Positions 51,011 through 64,000 of a stretch of 64,000 nt of DNA are shown piece after piece (position 1 is the stretch's first letter; each line of letters begins with the position of its first letter). This DNA comes from Camelus dromedarius (Eukaryota). The notes beneath the pieces were generated by a model. The model saw only the letters and a list, made by a program, of their open reading frames with translations, was not told where the DNA came from and searched no databases. Position numbers and translations under genes: made by a program. Where the stretch lies: assembly GCF_036321535.1 (NCBI RefSeq), contig NC_087436.1:49106001-49170000 (forward strand). The letters are read 5' to 3'.

Positions 51011-52407
51011 TCGACTAATCTTCGACAAAGGAGGCAAGAATATACAATGGAATAAAGACAGTCTCTTCAGCAAATGGTGTTGGGAAAACTGGACAGCAGC
51101 ATGTAAAACAATGAAGCTAGAACACTCCCTTACACCATATACAAAAATCAACTCAAAATGGATCAAAGACTTAAACATAACACAAGATACAATAAACCTC
51201 CTAGAGGAAAACATAGGCAAAACATTATCTGACATACATTTCAAAAGTTTTCTCCTAGAAGAAATAAAAGCAAGAATAAACAAATGGGACCTAATGAAAC
51301 TTACAAGCTTCTGCACAGCAAAGGAAACCAAAAGTAAAACAAGAAGACAACCTACGGAATGGGAGAAAATTTTTGCAAATGAAACTGACAAAGGCTTGAT
51401 CTCCAGAATATATAAGCAGCTCATATGACTCAATAAGAAAAAAAATAAACAACCCAATCCAAAAATGGGCAGAAGACCTAAACAAGCAATTCTCCAAGGA
51501 AGACATACAAGTGATCAAAAGGCACATGAAAAAATGCTCAATATCACTAATTATCAGAGAAATGCAAATCAAAACTACAATGAGGTATCACCTCACACCA
51601 GTCAGAATGGCCGTCACTCAAAAATCCACAAATGACAAATGCTGGAGAGGCTGTGGAGAAAGGGGAACCCTCCTACACTGCTGGTGGGAATGCAGTTTGG
51701 TGCAGCCACTATGGAAAACAGTGTGGAGATTCCTCAAAAGACTAGGAATAGACTTACCATATGACCCAGGAATCCCACTCCTGGGCTTGTATCCAGAAGG
51801 AACCCTACTTCAAAAAGACACCTGCACCCCAATGTTCATAGCAGCACTATTTACAATAGCCAAAACATGGAAACAGCCTAAATGTCCATCAACAGGTGAC
51901 TGGATAAAGAAGAGGTGGTATATTTATACAATGGAATACTACTCAGCCATAAAAACCGACAACATAATGCCATTTGCAGCAACATGGATGCTCCTGGAAA
52001 ATGTCATTCTAAGTGAAGTAAGCCAGAAAGAGAAAGAAAAATACCATATGAGATCGCTCATATGTGGAATCTAAAAAAACAAAGCATAAATACAGGACAG
52101 AAATAGACTCATAGACAGAGAATACAGACTTGTGGTTGCCAGAGGGGTGGAGGGTGGGAAGGGATAGACTGGGATTTCAAAATTGTAGAATAGATAAACA
52201 AAATTACACTGTATAGCACAGGGAAATATACACAAAATATTACGATAACTCACAGAGAAAAAAATGTGACAATGAATGTGTATACGTCCATGAATGACTG
52301 AAAAATTGTGCTGAACACTGGAATTTGACACAACATTGTAAAATGATTATAAATCAATAAAAAATGTTAAAAAAAAATAAAACAACTTTAAGTACCAGTT
52401 TAAAAAA
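51011..52407 (+). mobile_element. Young 5'-truncated L1 (ORF2 C-terminus, 3' UTR, poly-A) with a perfect 16-bp TSD
   Basis: TSD aagtgtagtataatag at 50995-51010 and 52408-52423. ORFs 51111..51428 and 51511..52074 are L1 ORF2 ([12 protein letters not shown] region), separated by one TGA (51426-51428) and a +1 slip in an A8 run. Confidence 0.97.
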
Positions 52408-52845
52408 AAGTGTAGTATAATAGCCTTTTAGATATACCAGGGGATTATTTAAATTTGTATACTATCATTTGATTTTTTTTTTCAATTCTGGAGAGTGCGG
52501 TGTTGTGGAGCACTTTATAACCTTGCCGGAAAGAATGTACAAGAATCTCACTTGCCCTAATTTATATCCATTCATTCATTCAGGTCTTTTTTCAAGGTAT
52601 CTTATTCAAATTCCTAGTCGTGCTGTAGCATTCTGCATTAGAAGGTCTTCTGTCTCCTTTTGAGTGAGAGGGAGTGTGTATGTTTGTGTGTGAATGTGTG
52701 TGTGTTATTACCAAGTGAGATCCAGACTCAGTAACTGTCGGCTGGAATCATATGCTCAAACGTAAAGTATCTGAGAGTCACTTTTCTTTTTGGTAATTGC
52801 TCCTTTTTTATCCCATTTGATAACAACATTTCTTTTCCTCTCCAG

Positions 52846-52915
52846 CACAAACGTACAGATATGTGACAGTCCTTTCCATTGCTCTGAAGAGGAAGCAAGA
52901 TCATTAGTTGAATCG
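52846..52915 (+). CDS. PPA2: PPA2 exon 10 (70 nt)
   Basis: tttcctctccag|CACAAA...GAATCG|gtaagg; encodes TNVQICDSPFHCSEEEARSLVES; lies inside ORF 52790..52978. Confidence 0.96.
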
Positions 52916-52929
52916 GTAAGGTGCAAATG

Positions 52930-53470
52930 TCCAAAGCATCGTTTAATCTTACAAATGCCATGGGGAGTGCTACAATGAAAAATGAGCCGGGGAGAGGGGT
53001 AAGGTGCCAGGAGTGGGATGGGAGTTGTTGTCAGGGACAGCCTCCCTGAGGAGAGGATTGGCCAGAGTCAAGATTTGTGGAAGGTAAGGGACTGAGCCAA
53101 GTGACTATCTGAACGAAGATCATTACAGGCCACAGCCCAGAGGCCATGAGGTAAGTGGATACCTGATAGTTCTTGATGTGCCAGGAAATACCCGAGGAAC
53201 CACAGTGGCTGATGGAATAGAAAAGAGTCGAGAGGAGAATGGAGGAGATGTGTGGATGTGGGGGTGGAAGTGGGGGCAAATTATTATGAAAGACTCTGTA
53301 AAATACCCTGGAAAGAACATTTTAAGAATTTCACTTCTTATTCTGAGTAAGATGGAACCACTGGTGGGTTTTGAGCCAAGGATGTTCTGACTTAGACTTC
53401 AACGAGATCACACTGGCTGCATTGGTGAGAACAGGCCATAAGGAGGTCAGGAAAGATGCAGGGAAGTTGT
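52930..53470 (-). mobile_element. L2 fragment
   Basis: ttcttattctgagtaagatggaaccactggtgggttttgagc...gagatcacactggctgc. Confidence 0.7.
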
Positions 53471-55549
53471 GATAATAACACAGTTACAATATCACTGTAT
53501 TTTATCCAAGTGTTCAGTTTTATATCTATGTAGATTACATTCTGAACTTAGTTCTTATCAATATTGATTATTCATTCTTTCAGGAAAACAAAAACTTTTT
53601 ACCTTTGTTAAAGTAGTTTCTCACTAATCATGGGTTAAGACAGTTCCATTTATTTTAGTTTTACATTTATAGATAGATATAATTGATGCTTGTCCTAAAA
53701 TTATCTGCAAGATTGAAGTTTCTATCCTACATCTTTTTTTTTAAAAATTGTTTCCTATCATGTTGGTAGGAAAAATCCTCTTGGGAAAATAATGGTTGGA
53801 GAACATGATCAAGATAGTTAGATATGGGGAACAAGATTAGAATTCAGAAACATTAACAACCAGCTTTAATTACATGGTTTGGTAGCTTTGTTGTGTTTCA
53901 TAATAACGAAGAAGGTGCTGTACTGATTTTTCACTGAGAAAACTATAGTAGAAAATCAAAATGCAGAGAGAGCAGTTCCCTCTTCATCAGCTCTAGTGGA
54001 ACTTACCATACATGCGATTTCGCCATTAAAAATTTGTAAGTCAAGGATTTGCGCCATTAGCAGCGTCATGCATGATTCAGGAGCCTGGATTAGGTAACAC
54101 TTTCTCAAGAAGATTTTATCATCTTGTAATAATGAAATTCTTTGTAGTCAAAGCTTTTTGACTTGGCATTTTATCTCTTCAGAACCACATTGAGATGTTT
54201 AAATCAGAATTACTGAGGTATATATTCCCAGATCTCTCTATTTTGCAATGTACTGAATGTTACTCTGACTCCAAAGAACTGTCAGCTCTTGCTTGTCCTT
54301 TGCTTGCTCAGAATAACGTACAACATTGAAGTCATCCGTCAGACTTGGTGATGTTCAGACCACATCCATCCTGAGCCTGTATGGAACAAATTGTATCCCC
54401 AAGGTTTATTAGTGGGCTGGGAATGAGTGAACTCATTCTAACAAGTTCATCTACTTGGGTAATATCTTAAGACAGATGTGTAGATGTTAAATGAGTCTGA
54501 AGTAATGGTTAAAACAAGGCCAGATAGTAATAGAAGTTTTCACTTTCTAGATGTATATTGACAGAATATTCAGGATGAGTTGATTAGGTGAGATTTTAGG
54601 ATAAAGTAATTTTGCTTTGGTAATTGGTTACTTTTAAAAGACTAGACTTTTGAGTGATTATTAGGACTATTGTGGGAAGCATATTCTGGTGAGCCCATGT
54701 GAATCAAAGCACAATTAACTGTGGTAGCACTGAAACCACCCCCACAAATAATTACGTAGTTACCCAGCAACATGTACAGATCAGCTAGGTAAAATAGTGT
54801 GACCGTAACCAAGAAATTTAAAATAAAAGCCAATAACCTGATGACTATTATTTGGAAGCATTTTAGAAACAAAATAGACAATAGCTCCAGAAGTAGTTTG
54901 TCCTACTTAGAGATTGTAAGAAAGATAATTGATCTGAGGACGATAGAAAGAACTGAAAGGGTCAAAAAGAATTTTTGGATTTTCTTTATAAATATAGATG
55001 TCTGAGTTATATACAGTCATGAAAGGCATGGCTGTGTCAAAAACAAGGTTTGTTCCTTAGATCTGAACACACTCGGGATCCGTAGACAGAGGCAGCCTCA
55101 CTGCCCTGATGCTCCAGGTGTCTGGGCTCAGCGTGTGGCCCCGGCAGCAGGAGCAGCACTCTGTAATAGTCCCACCGCAGGACCACCCAATTACATTTTT
55201 TTGGACATTGTGTCATTTTTTTTTTACCTTTACCTAACTTTATAGCCAAAAAATATGGGACTCATCCCAATTTTTGAGGACTATGTGGCTAGAAATTAGA
55301 ACTTTATTTCAAGGAACAATGTTTAGAGCATTTATAGGGAACAAAGAACGTATGTTTGTGTATGTGTGTGCATACGTGAGTGTGCCTGTGTGCAAATACA
55401 TGTGAATTTCGTTTCGGATCTAGTATTAGCTGATATTTAATGACAGTTGATTTGATGACTGGGATTTAAGATGCTTCTTTTAGGATCCTTTACTGTATGT
55501 AAAGAGTTATTTGGAAAATATTTTGAGAAGATAGGAACAAAATTTACAA

Positions 55550-57340
55550 GCTTAATCTAATAGACATACATAATTAGAGAATATATAATTTTTTATAGTA
55601 CATTTTTTATAGTACACTTCCAAAAATTGAGTATATATTAGGCTCCACAAAAAGAGTTGGGAAAAAAGTCCCAAAGAGATGAGGTAATGCAGACTACATT
55701 CTTTGTCTACAGTATAAGAAAGTTACTAATCAACTGTAAAAATATTAAAAGAGAAAAACCCCTAGCCCATGTGTTTGGAAACTAAAAACACTTCTACATA
55801 AGTCATGCCTCAAAAAAATGAATTACAATAAATTATAAAATATTTAGAATTGAGTGACAACTAAATTACTGTATTTCAGAACTTGCACAGTGCAGCAAAA
55901 ATAGTTTTGCAAGAAATTAAATGTATACAGCAGAAATGAAGGAAGAAAATTGAGAGGCTGAATGTTCTATTCAACAATTACTCTTTTTTTTCTATCTTTT
56001 TTTTATTATAAGAAAAAATTAAAAAGAGGAGAGCAAATATTTAATAAAATACAAAACAAGGTGATAATGGAAAGGATCAATTAAAACAGAAGCTTCTTCT
56101 TTTAAGACTAATAATACAGACAAACCTATTACAGGAAGGACCGTGAAAAAGAGAAGGCATAAATAAAAATATCAACAGTTAAAATGAAGACATTACTACA
56201 TACACAGGAGATATTTAAGTAAGGAATGCTATGAGATGCTTTTGAGAATACTTTTCTAAACATAGATGAGTTGACAATTTTGTTTAAAATGTAAATTATC
56301 GATATTAAATCAAGAATAAACAGAAAACCCAAATAGACTTAAAATAGTTTAAAAGAATATTAAATTATGAAAATGACAATTTCTTCCATATTAATTAATG
56401 AATTCAGCCTATTTTTAATCAGAATACCAATAGGGTTTTCACTGACTTGGTAAGATGATCCTAAAATGTGTATGGAATAGTAAAGGGCCAGGAATAACCT
56501 AGAAAAGATTGATAAATTTAAATAAAGGATTTTTTTTTTAAAGCTACAAACATTTAAAGATACCACAAAATAGGTTAAAAGATATGCCATTGATTGGGAG
56601 AAAATATTTGCATATAAATGACAAAAGGATTAACAATTTGTTCAAATCCATGAGAAAAAGATAACCCAGAAGGAAAAAAATGGGCAAACAATATGAATGG
56701 ACAGTTCACAAGAGAGAGTATTTAAATATCTAGTAAATATGTAAAAATTTGCCATATTTCCCTAGTGATCAATGAGATCAAAGTAAGACAGAATACAATT
56801 TCATAGTTATCAGATAGGCAAATGTTTGCAAGTGTTTTTAAGCAGGTGGGGAAAGGAGACCTCTTATACTTGTTGATATGCTTGATGAGTAGAAATTAGT
56901 ACAACTACTTTGAAGAGCAGTTAAGTAATTTCTGGTATAGTCGAAGATGCTTATAACCCACTACTCTGAAATTACCTTTCTAGATATTTATGTATTTTAT
57001 AGAGACACTAATTGATGTGTTTCTGTGATCAAACATGGGAGAATTGGAAACTGGACAAATGCCTATCGATAAAAAACTGGGCAAATAAACTATAGTCTAT
57101 TTATACAGTGGACTACTATACGGCAGGTAAAATACGTGAGTTAGAACTGTAAGACTCTACATGGATAAAACCTGAAAGTGCAGTGAAAAAAGCATTTGCA
57201 GCAGGATAGGTAGTATGCATCGTCAATGTAAATTTTAAAACACCCAAAGCAGTACTGTGTATTTTTAATGAATACAAACAGATCTGTTGTTCACATTTTA
57301 AAAACGTAAATAAGAACAATAAACACCAGTGTCAGCATGG
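55550..57340 (+). mobile_element. Old L1 (L1ME-like) ORF2 and 3' remnants
   Basis: A-rich degenerate L1: aatgggcaaacaatatgaatggacagttcacaa; tgattgggagaaaatatttgca. Confidence 0.7.
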
Positions 57341-57549
57341 TAGTTAGGAGAAGTTATTTCTGAGAAAGAATAAAAATAAATGAGATTTTTATTTTTTGAT
57401 AAGTAGGAAGAAAAAAGAGACTTCGCTTGCAGAGTTTCTGAACTTACATTGTTAATTCTAAAAAAAAATCTAGAGTAGATATTTGTTATAATAGTCTCTG
57501 CACTTTCTGCATATTAGAAGTATTTCATAATAGAATTTGTATACCAAAA

Positions 57550-59860
57550 AAACAGTAGAGAAAATGAAACCAAAAGTTGATTCTTTGAGAAGACGAGGAA
57601 AATTGATAAACCTTTTAGCCAGAATAATCAGAAAGAAAAGAGAGAAAACAAATCTTTAATGTCAGGAATGAGACAACTGACATCACTGCTGATTCTACAG
57701 TTATTAGAACAATAGAGAAATACTGTGACAAACTTTACACCAGTTAATTTGACAACTTGGATGAAATAGATTCCTTGTAATACATAAACTACCAAAGCTC
57801 ACTGAAAAAGAAATATGCATAAACAAGTTAAATTTGCACTTAGAAATCTTGCAGTAAACTCTAGGCTGAGCTGGCTCCCACAACTTTTATTCAGCATTGT
57901 ACTGAAGGTTCTAACCAATGAGATAAGGCGTTAAAAAGAAGGAAAAGACATCCAGATTGTAAAGGAAGATGGCATGAATGTCAGTGTTCAATATTCAATA
58001 AAATCTACCTAAAAGCTACTGGAATAAGTGATTTTAGCAAGGTTGCAGGATACAAGATCAACATACAATAAACAATTCTGTTTTTATATGCTGGCAACAA
58101 AAATTGGAAACTAAAAATTAATACATTATTTATAGTGGTATGAAAAATATGAAACACTTAGGAATAAATCTAGAAAAATATGTATGAAGAACTTGTACCC
58201 TGACAACTATAAAACATTACCAGGAGATAGCAGAGAACTAAATAAATGGAAAGATAATATCATGTTCATGGATTGTTAATGATATCAAGTCTCAAATTGA
58301 CCTATAGATTTAATGCAGTATCAATCAAATTGTAGTACACATTTTTGTAGAAATTTAATAACTCGTATATGTAAGCACTAAGGATCTAGAATAGATTCAG
58401 TAACTTTGTAAATAACAAAGTTGGATTAACTCTTCCTGATTTCAAGACATTTTATAAAATGGTAATCAAGAGAGTGTAGTCATGGTATAAGACTAGAGAA
58501 AGAGATCAATGAAAGCAAATCAAGAAATATACCTACTTGTATGTGGACAATTGATTTTCAAAATCATCTTTTCAACAAATAGACCTTGAGCAGTTGGTTA
58601 TTCCATATGGGAAAAAAGCCCACTTTAATCTATACCTTGCACTAGGTTTGATGATTGTCTAAATGTATCCTAGACCAAAATTTAACACATAAAATGATGA
58701 ACCTATTTTGACCTTGGGTTATTTGGGCAAGATTTCTTAGATATTATACTAAAAGCACAATCTAGTGTTTAAAATGATAAGTGGACTTCATCAAAATTAA
58801 ATTTTTTTCTGGAAACGACACTCTTAAGAGAATGGAGGGGGAGGGTATAGCGCTAGTGGTAGAGTGCATACCTAGCATGCAGGAGGTCCTAGGTTCAATT
58901 CCCAGTACTTCCATTAAAATAAATAAAATGAATAAACCTAATCTACCCCCCCTGCCAAATAACTTAAAAAAAAAAGCTGAGAATGAAAAGAAGCCACATA
59001 CTGTGAGAAAATATTTGAAAATCATATACCTGACAAAGGGACTTGTGTCCAGAACATAAAGAACTCTCACAATTGAATAATAAAAAAACACAACATCCCC
59101 CACCCCCCCCAACAAAGTGCAAAATATTTGAATGGTCACTTTGCCAAAGAAGATAGATTGAAAACAAGAGATGATGCTCAACTTTACTAGTCATTAGGGA
59201 AATAATGCAGATTTACAAATTGAAAACCACAGTGACCTACCTGCCTGTACACATTTTTTAGAATAGCTAAAAATTTAAAAGACTGGCTGTCCTAATTGTT
59301 GGCAAGAATATGGAGGAACTGGAATTCCCACACCCTGCTGGTTGGAATGCAAAATAGTAAAACTAGTTTGTCATTTTCTTGGAGAGTTAAACATATACCT
59401 ACTATATGTTCTAGCCATTCCATGCCTAGATATTTACCCAAGAGAAATGGAAGTATAAGTTCATAAAAAGATTTGTATACAAGTGTTTATAGTAGCTTTA
59501 TTTGTAATAAACAGAAATTCGAAACAACCCAAATGTCCATCAACAGATGAATGGATAAACAAACTGTGGTATATTCATATGAGGAAATACTCAGCAATAG
59601 AAAGAAATGAATTATTGATATATGCTACAAGATGGCTAAATTTCAAAAAAGAAATGTATTAAGTGAAAAAAGGCAGACATGTCATACATATTGTATCATA
59701 CCATTTATATAAAATTTAAGTATATGCAGACACTAACATGTACTGACACAAAATAGATGATTGGTTGGAGAGTTTAGGACAGAGCCAGGAAGGAGGGACT
59801 ACAATCCCTTTTACAGGGACAGGAGGAAACTTGAGGACGATGGTGAATATTTAGTGACTA
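57550..59860 (+). mobile_element. L1 (L1M-type) ORF2 and 3' UTR remnant
   Basis: tagcaaggttgcaggatacaagatcaacata; aaacaacccaaatgtccatcaacagatgaatggataaacaaactgtggtatattc. Confidence 0.85.
58835..58978 (+). mobile_element. tRNA-derived SINE (Vic-1-like) nested in L1
   Basis: ggggagggtatagcgctagtggtagagtgcatacctagcatgcaggaggtcctaggttcaattcccagtac; A-tail; duplicated gagaatg on both flanks. Confidence 0.9.
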
Positions 59861-60393
59861 TAGTCATTTTATTGGGGAAAAAAAAAGATTGAACTTGGTG
59901 AGGTTCCACACACAAACTCAGTGCATGTAGGACTGAGAGAGAGAACCAGACTCATTGCTAAAGGAGTTCCCAGCCCTACCTCATACCCTCCACAGCCTGG
60001 TAGCCACAGGGATTCAAAAGCTCTTAGTATCTGGGATTCAGGCTGGGATGCCCTTTTATCACCAGGATTGCCTGGACCTCCCAGACTGCCCGGGCCAGAG
60101 ATCCTTCCCTCTGTGGGCACTCAGTTTATCAGAGCTACTTCTCCGTCAGAGAGGACTGTGTTTCCCTTTACAGTTGGACCTTTCTGTGGATGTGATTTTC
60201 TAATGAGATCATACTACAGTATTTATGCCATACAGATTTGCTTTATTTGTGACTCTGTAAATAAACATCTTTGTGGCAGTTCACTATTAAAATTTTTATA
60301 ATAATGTATTTTCTTGATAATCAGTATCTAATTTGAGTCAATCTATATCTCCCACATCTTTTCCTTTTTTTTGCCTCTTAAAAGCTTCACTCT

Positions 60394-60470
60394 TGCTGTA
60401 CACCAGAAATTGACACAACACTGTAAACTGACTATACCTCAATAAAAATAAATAAATAAATAATTTTTAA
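60394..60470 (+). mobile_element. Extremely truncated L1 3' tip (about 75 bp)
   Basis: gctgtacaccagaaattgacacaacactgtaaactgactatacctcaataaaa is similar to the 3' tip of the L1 at 52310-52361; imperfect TSD aaagcttcactct/aaatcttcgctct. Confidence 0.8.
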
Positions 60471-60689
60471 AAATCTTCGCTCTGCATTACCACTCAAAGA
60501 TGGACAAAGATGAAAGTAAAGTGTTTTTCTTTTTTAACTACTAGCCAATTGTATACATTCTTGAAAGAGGAAGTAGATTAAACTTACATAAACTTAATAT
60601 ATTCTTATATTTTGTTTATGGATAACTAAGAATTGGTCATGTTAAGGCAAAAATCAGAAAAGGAATGTGAAAATAAAATGAATATAGAT

Positions 60690-61318
60690 GAGAGAGATTA
60701 AGAAATAGATGAGGGAGATTAAAAGGTACAAACTTCCGGTTACAAAATAAATGAATCATGGGGATGAAATATACAGCAAGGGGAATATAGTCAATTTTAT
60801 TGTAATATCTTTGTATGATGACGGATGGTAACTGGACTAATCATGGTGATTATTTTGTAATGTATAGAAATATCAAACCACTCTATTGTGCACCAGGAGC
60901 TAACATAGTGTGGGAGGCATTTATAATTAAAAAAAAGAGAGAGAGAGAGACAAATTTGTGGTTATCAGAGGTAGAAGGTGGGGGGAGGGAGAATTGGATG
61001 AAGGCAGTCAAAAGGTACAAACTTCCAGTTACAAGATAAATAAGTACTAGGGATATAATGTATAGTGTGATAAATATAATGTTGCTGTATATTATATTTG
61101 AAAGTTTTTGAGAGTAAATCCTAGAAGCTCTCATCACAAGGAAAAATATATTTTTGTATTTCTTTGATTTTGTGTCTATATGGGATGATGGATGTTCACT
61201 AAACATATTGTGGTCATCATTTCATGATGCAGGTAAGTCAAATCATTATGCTGTACAGCTTCAACTTACACAGTGCTGTATGTCAGTTATATCTCAGTAA
61301 AACTGGAAGAAGAAAAAA
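60690..61318 (+). mobile_element. L1 3' UTR with an internally repeated segment
   Basis: aaaaggtacaaacttcc(g/a)gttaca occurs twice (about 60721 and 61010); ends gtcagttatatctcagtaaaactggaagaag plus A-run. Confidence 0.8.
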
Positions 61319-62920
61319 ATGATATAGAGAATCATTATGAACCATGGAAACATAATGCACAGAAAATACACAAGGTAATTTAATTCGGTTAAAACCCTGC
61401 TGCACCTGAATGAAAAATCAGGAACTTTTTTCTCTTTAATGTTTAATCCTTATAATCAAGTGAAAGAACATCAATCCTCATATCAAGTAGTAAAGCAAGA
61501 TTTTATACTGGTTCAGTGTATCGTGTTTGTTAGTTAATTTGAACAAATACAGCCTGCAGGTGAAAGTGCTTGTAAGGACCTGATGGGGTATCTGGAGAAC
61601 AGGGCATTTGTATGAATAGTCCTTACTCATTTAAAATACAGTTTGTACATGGGTAAGCCTTCTTGGTTGATAAAAGAGGAATACTTTGGTAATGAGAACA
61701 CTGGATTTGTTTGAAAGAAATTGAAGATATGAATATTCATGGGAAGTATTTTTGGAGTGGGAAAGGGGAGATAACATTTTTAGAATGAGTATAAAGTAAT
61801 ACTCACAGTTTCCTGGAGAATGTGTCTTAGATAAGTAGGGGGTGCCCACATTCTGCCCCTTGGAGAAATTAGGAGAAGTAAGTGAAATGTCAAGATGGTG
61901 ACCCCTGAGAGTGGGGTTTGGGATGAGGTCACTTTCAGATGCTGCTTTATGCATTTCTTTGTTCTGTGTTTAAGAATCAGGAAGTCGATGACAGTAGGCG
62001 AGGAGTTAAATAGCTGATATGTATCATGAACCCATCATTTTCAAATTTAAATGTTGGTCTCTCTTTTGGCATATGTTAATATGATAAAGATATAAAAAGA
62101 AAAAATTTACCCCTAAACTTTAATAGTTAATATCTCTGAGTCTTAGACTTACCTGTGATGTTTGTTTTCTTCTGTGTAAGGCTTCGTACATTGTGAATAT
62201 GCTCTTACTAACCAAGAAAAATATTTGAAGAATAAAGAAATAAAAACATCCTAGGAATAATTTTTAAAATAGTTGTAGTGATGAATGTTTTAGCTTGAGT
62301 AGTTTGTCCATTTCTTTTCTGTAATACTTTTTAGGTTCATGAGAAGCTGCTCAATTATTCTATTTTCTATATCATACGAAATTTTCTCCCCCTGAAATGT
62401 TTGACAGCTCCAGCAGAAGCAGCTGCTAATTTTAAGCAATAAATCCAAACAGCTGACTTTCCAACAGACTTTGTAATAGGTGTCCTGCACAATAAAGAGC
62501 ATAACAGTTTCAAAGAATATGCAAGTGATTCTGTTTTATAGTCTGTTTAGAAAAATAAAGCCATCAAGTCCCAAAAGCCTAATCTCAATGAGTATAATTT
62601 TTATGTTGTAGTGTTACTTTCACACCCAGGTTTATTTAAGTCCTACTGTCCTCAGAACCAACCATGGTTAAGCATTTTCTCTGTGCTAGGAAGCTGAATA
62701 GGATTTTCTTGGTTTTTTGTTTGTTTTTGTTTGTTTGTTTGTTTTTGAAGTACTTGGAAAATCTCAAAGATGTTCCACATACAATTTGTACAGAAATCTT
62801 TATTTACATAGTTACAACATCCTTTTGTATGGTAGAAAATAAAACAAAGCATATTTGATTAGCCTTTTTCTTAAAGAATAGAAGGAAAAATAGCTTTAAT
62901 CCATTTATGATTCAGGGCAA

Positions 62921-63243
62921 TGTTTTAGCCAGCATTCTTCAGAGAAACAATTAATAGAAGATATATTTGAAGAGATTGTTAGCTTAGTGATTCCAAAATC
63001 TGCAGAATAGGTCGGCAGGCTGGAGACCCAAAAAAAGCCAGTGATGCAAAGGCAGTCCAAAGGCAGTCTGTTGGAGAATTCCTTCTTGCTTATTGAGACT
63101 GGTCTTTTTGTTCTATTCAGCCCTTCAACTGATTGAGTGTGGCCCACCCATATTGTGGAGGGCAACCTGCTTTACCAATAGTTTGCCAATGTAAGTGTTA
63201 GTCTTAGCCAAAACCATCCTCCAGATTGACACATTAACTATTA
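62921..63243. mobile_element. MLT2-type LTR (ERVL)
   Basis: ggcaggctggagaccca...ttcaactgattgagtgtggcccacccatattgtggagggcaacctgcttta...ttgacaca. Confidence 0.8.
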
Positions 63244-64000
63244 TGGAGGATATTTTAGTATTGCTAAAATTTAAATTTTCCTGCTGAGTTATTCTTATTC
63301 AGTACTGACCTTAGACCTAAGCAAGGAGGGTGCTGCTTTTGGTCCTTCTTTTTGACCCTCATCCAGTCATTCCCTCCCCACAGGGCAAGACAAAGGAACC
63401 AAAGCTGTGTGTTGAGCCCCCAGTCCTAGACAACCTTTTAACTACTCCAGTCCCTGAAATTCCTTACCCAGACAGCTGCAAGCCTGTTTCCAGGGCCTGT
63501 GCGGAATTCTCCCCAAGTCCATGCTCATGATTAGGTGGACCCTGTGCTCACCATGACTCCTGCAGGGGCCTGTGGTGGCTGTTTGGACATAAGGCATGCA
63601 TAGATGTGTGAGCTAGAAACTTCTGCCCTTGTGCAGGTGAAGCCCTCAACACAGATGGAGCCTGGGGTAGCAGGAGAAGTGGGGCAGGATGAGGGCCATG
63701 TGCCTCTTCTTACTTTGCCATGTTCTGGCAGTCTCTGAGGTGTCCAGAATGCTAAATGAGAGCTTTGAAGTCAATACAAAGGTGTGTTTATCCAGATAGT
63801 AGAATGGACCACTTTATATATTCTATCCATCACTTTGTTAGCTTGATTTATAACTTTTTAATACTTTGTATATGGTATATGGGTCTCCACTTGTACATTT
63901 GCCCCAGACCTCAAATATCAAAGGCAGATTTTTGCTACTGAGGCAGAGCAGATTCAGAGAATTAGGAGTTGATTATTAATTTTGAAATCTGAAAAGTATG

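Larger units (their letters stand above)
1972..52915 (+). other. PPA2: Span of visible PPA2 exons (exons 2-10); the gene continues beyond both window edges
   Basis: Nine exons with compatible phases splice to [261 protein letters not shown]. The 15-aa exon 3 insert identifies PPA2 rather than PPA1. Confidence 0.97.

Noticed and set aside
51511..52074. 187-aa ORF as a host gene
   Set aside because: It is the C-terminus of L1 ORF2 in a 5'-truncated copy with no promoter, endonuclease or RT domain.
58835..58910. tRNA gene
   Set aside because: The tRNA-like head continues into a SINE body, A-tail and TSD, and recurs twice more in the window.
52916..64000. PPA2 exons 11-12
   Set aside because: No segment with splice sites encoding the expected C-terminal peptide was found; these exons presumably lie beyond the window.
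1..64000. CRISPR arrays, operons or other prokaryotic-type systems
   Set aside because: The sequence is intron-rich mammalian DNA with no repeat-spacer arrays and no dense coding regions.

Overview
This is mammalian genomic DNA, probably camelid (inferred from three copies of a tRNA-derived SINE resembling the camelid Vic-1 family). The whole window lies inside one + strand gene, PPA2 (mitochondrial inorganic pyrophosphatase). Nine internal coding exons (exons 2-10 by human numbering, 782 nt in total) have canonical AG/GT boundaries and compatible phases. They join into an uninterrupted family I PPase reading frame with the GDNDPIDV and DxGETDWK motifs. Exon 1 and the last exons lie outside the window. 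The introns are mostly transposon relics (L1, L2, MIR, SINEs, Tigger/MER DNA transposons, MLT LTRs), plus a full-length retroposed U1 snRNA copy in intron 9. Nearly all entries in the ORF track are spurious or L1-derived. I found no evidence of a new biological system. The best leads are modest: a MIR-derived candidate poison exon, the sense-strand U1 copy, a young L1 with a probable short 3' transduction, a MER53 copy with a miR-1302-like sequence, a CpG-rich L2 next to a long pyrimidine tract, and two CTCF-like motifs. Repeat family names are from memory of consensus sequences and need RepeatMasker/Dfam confirmation. Repeat boundaries without a stated TSD or TIR are approximate.
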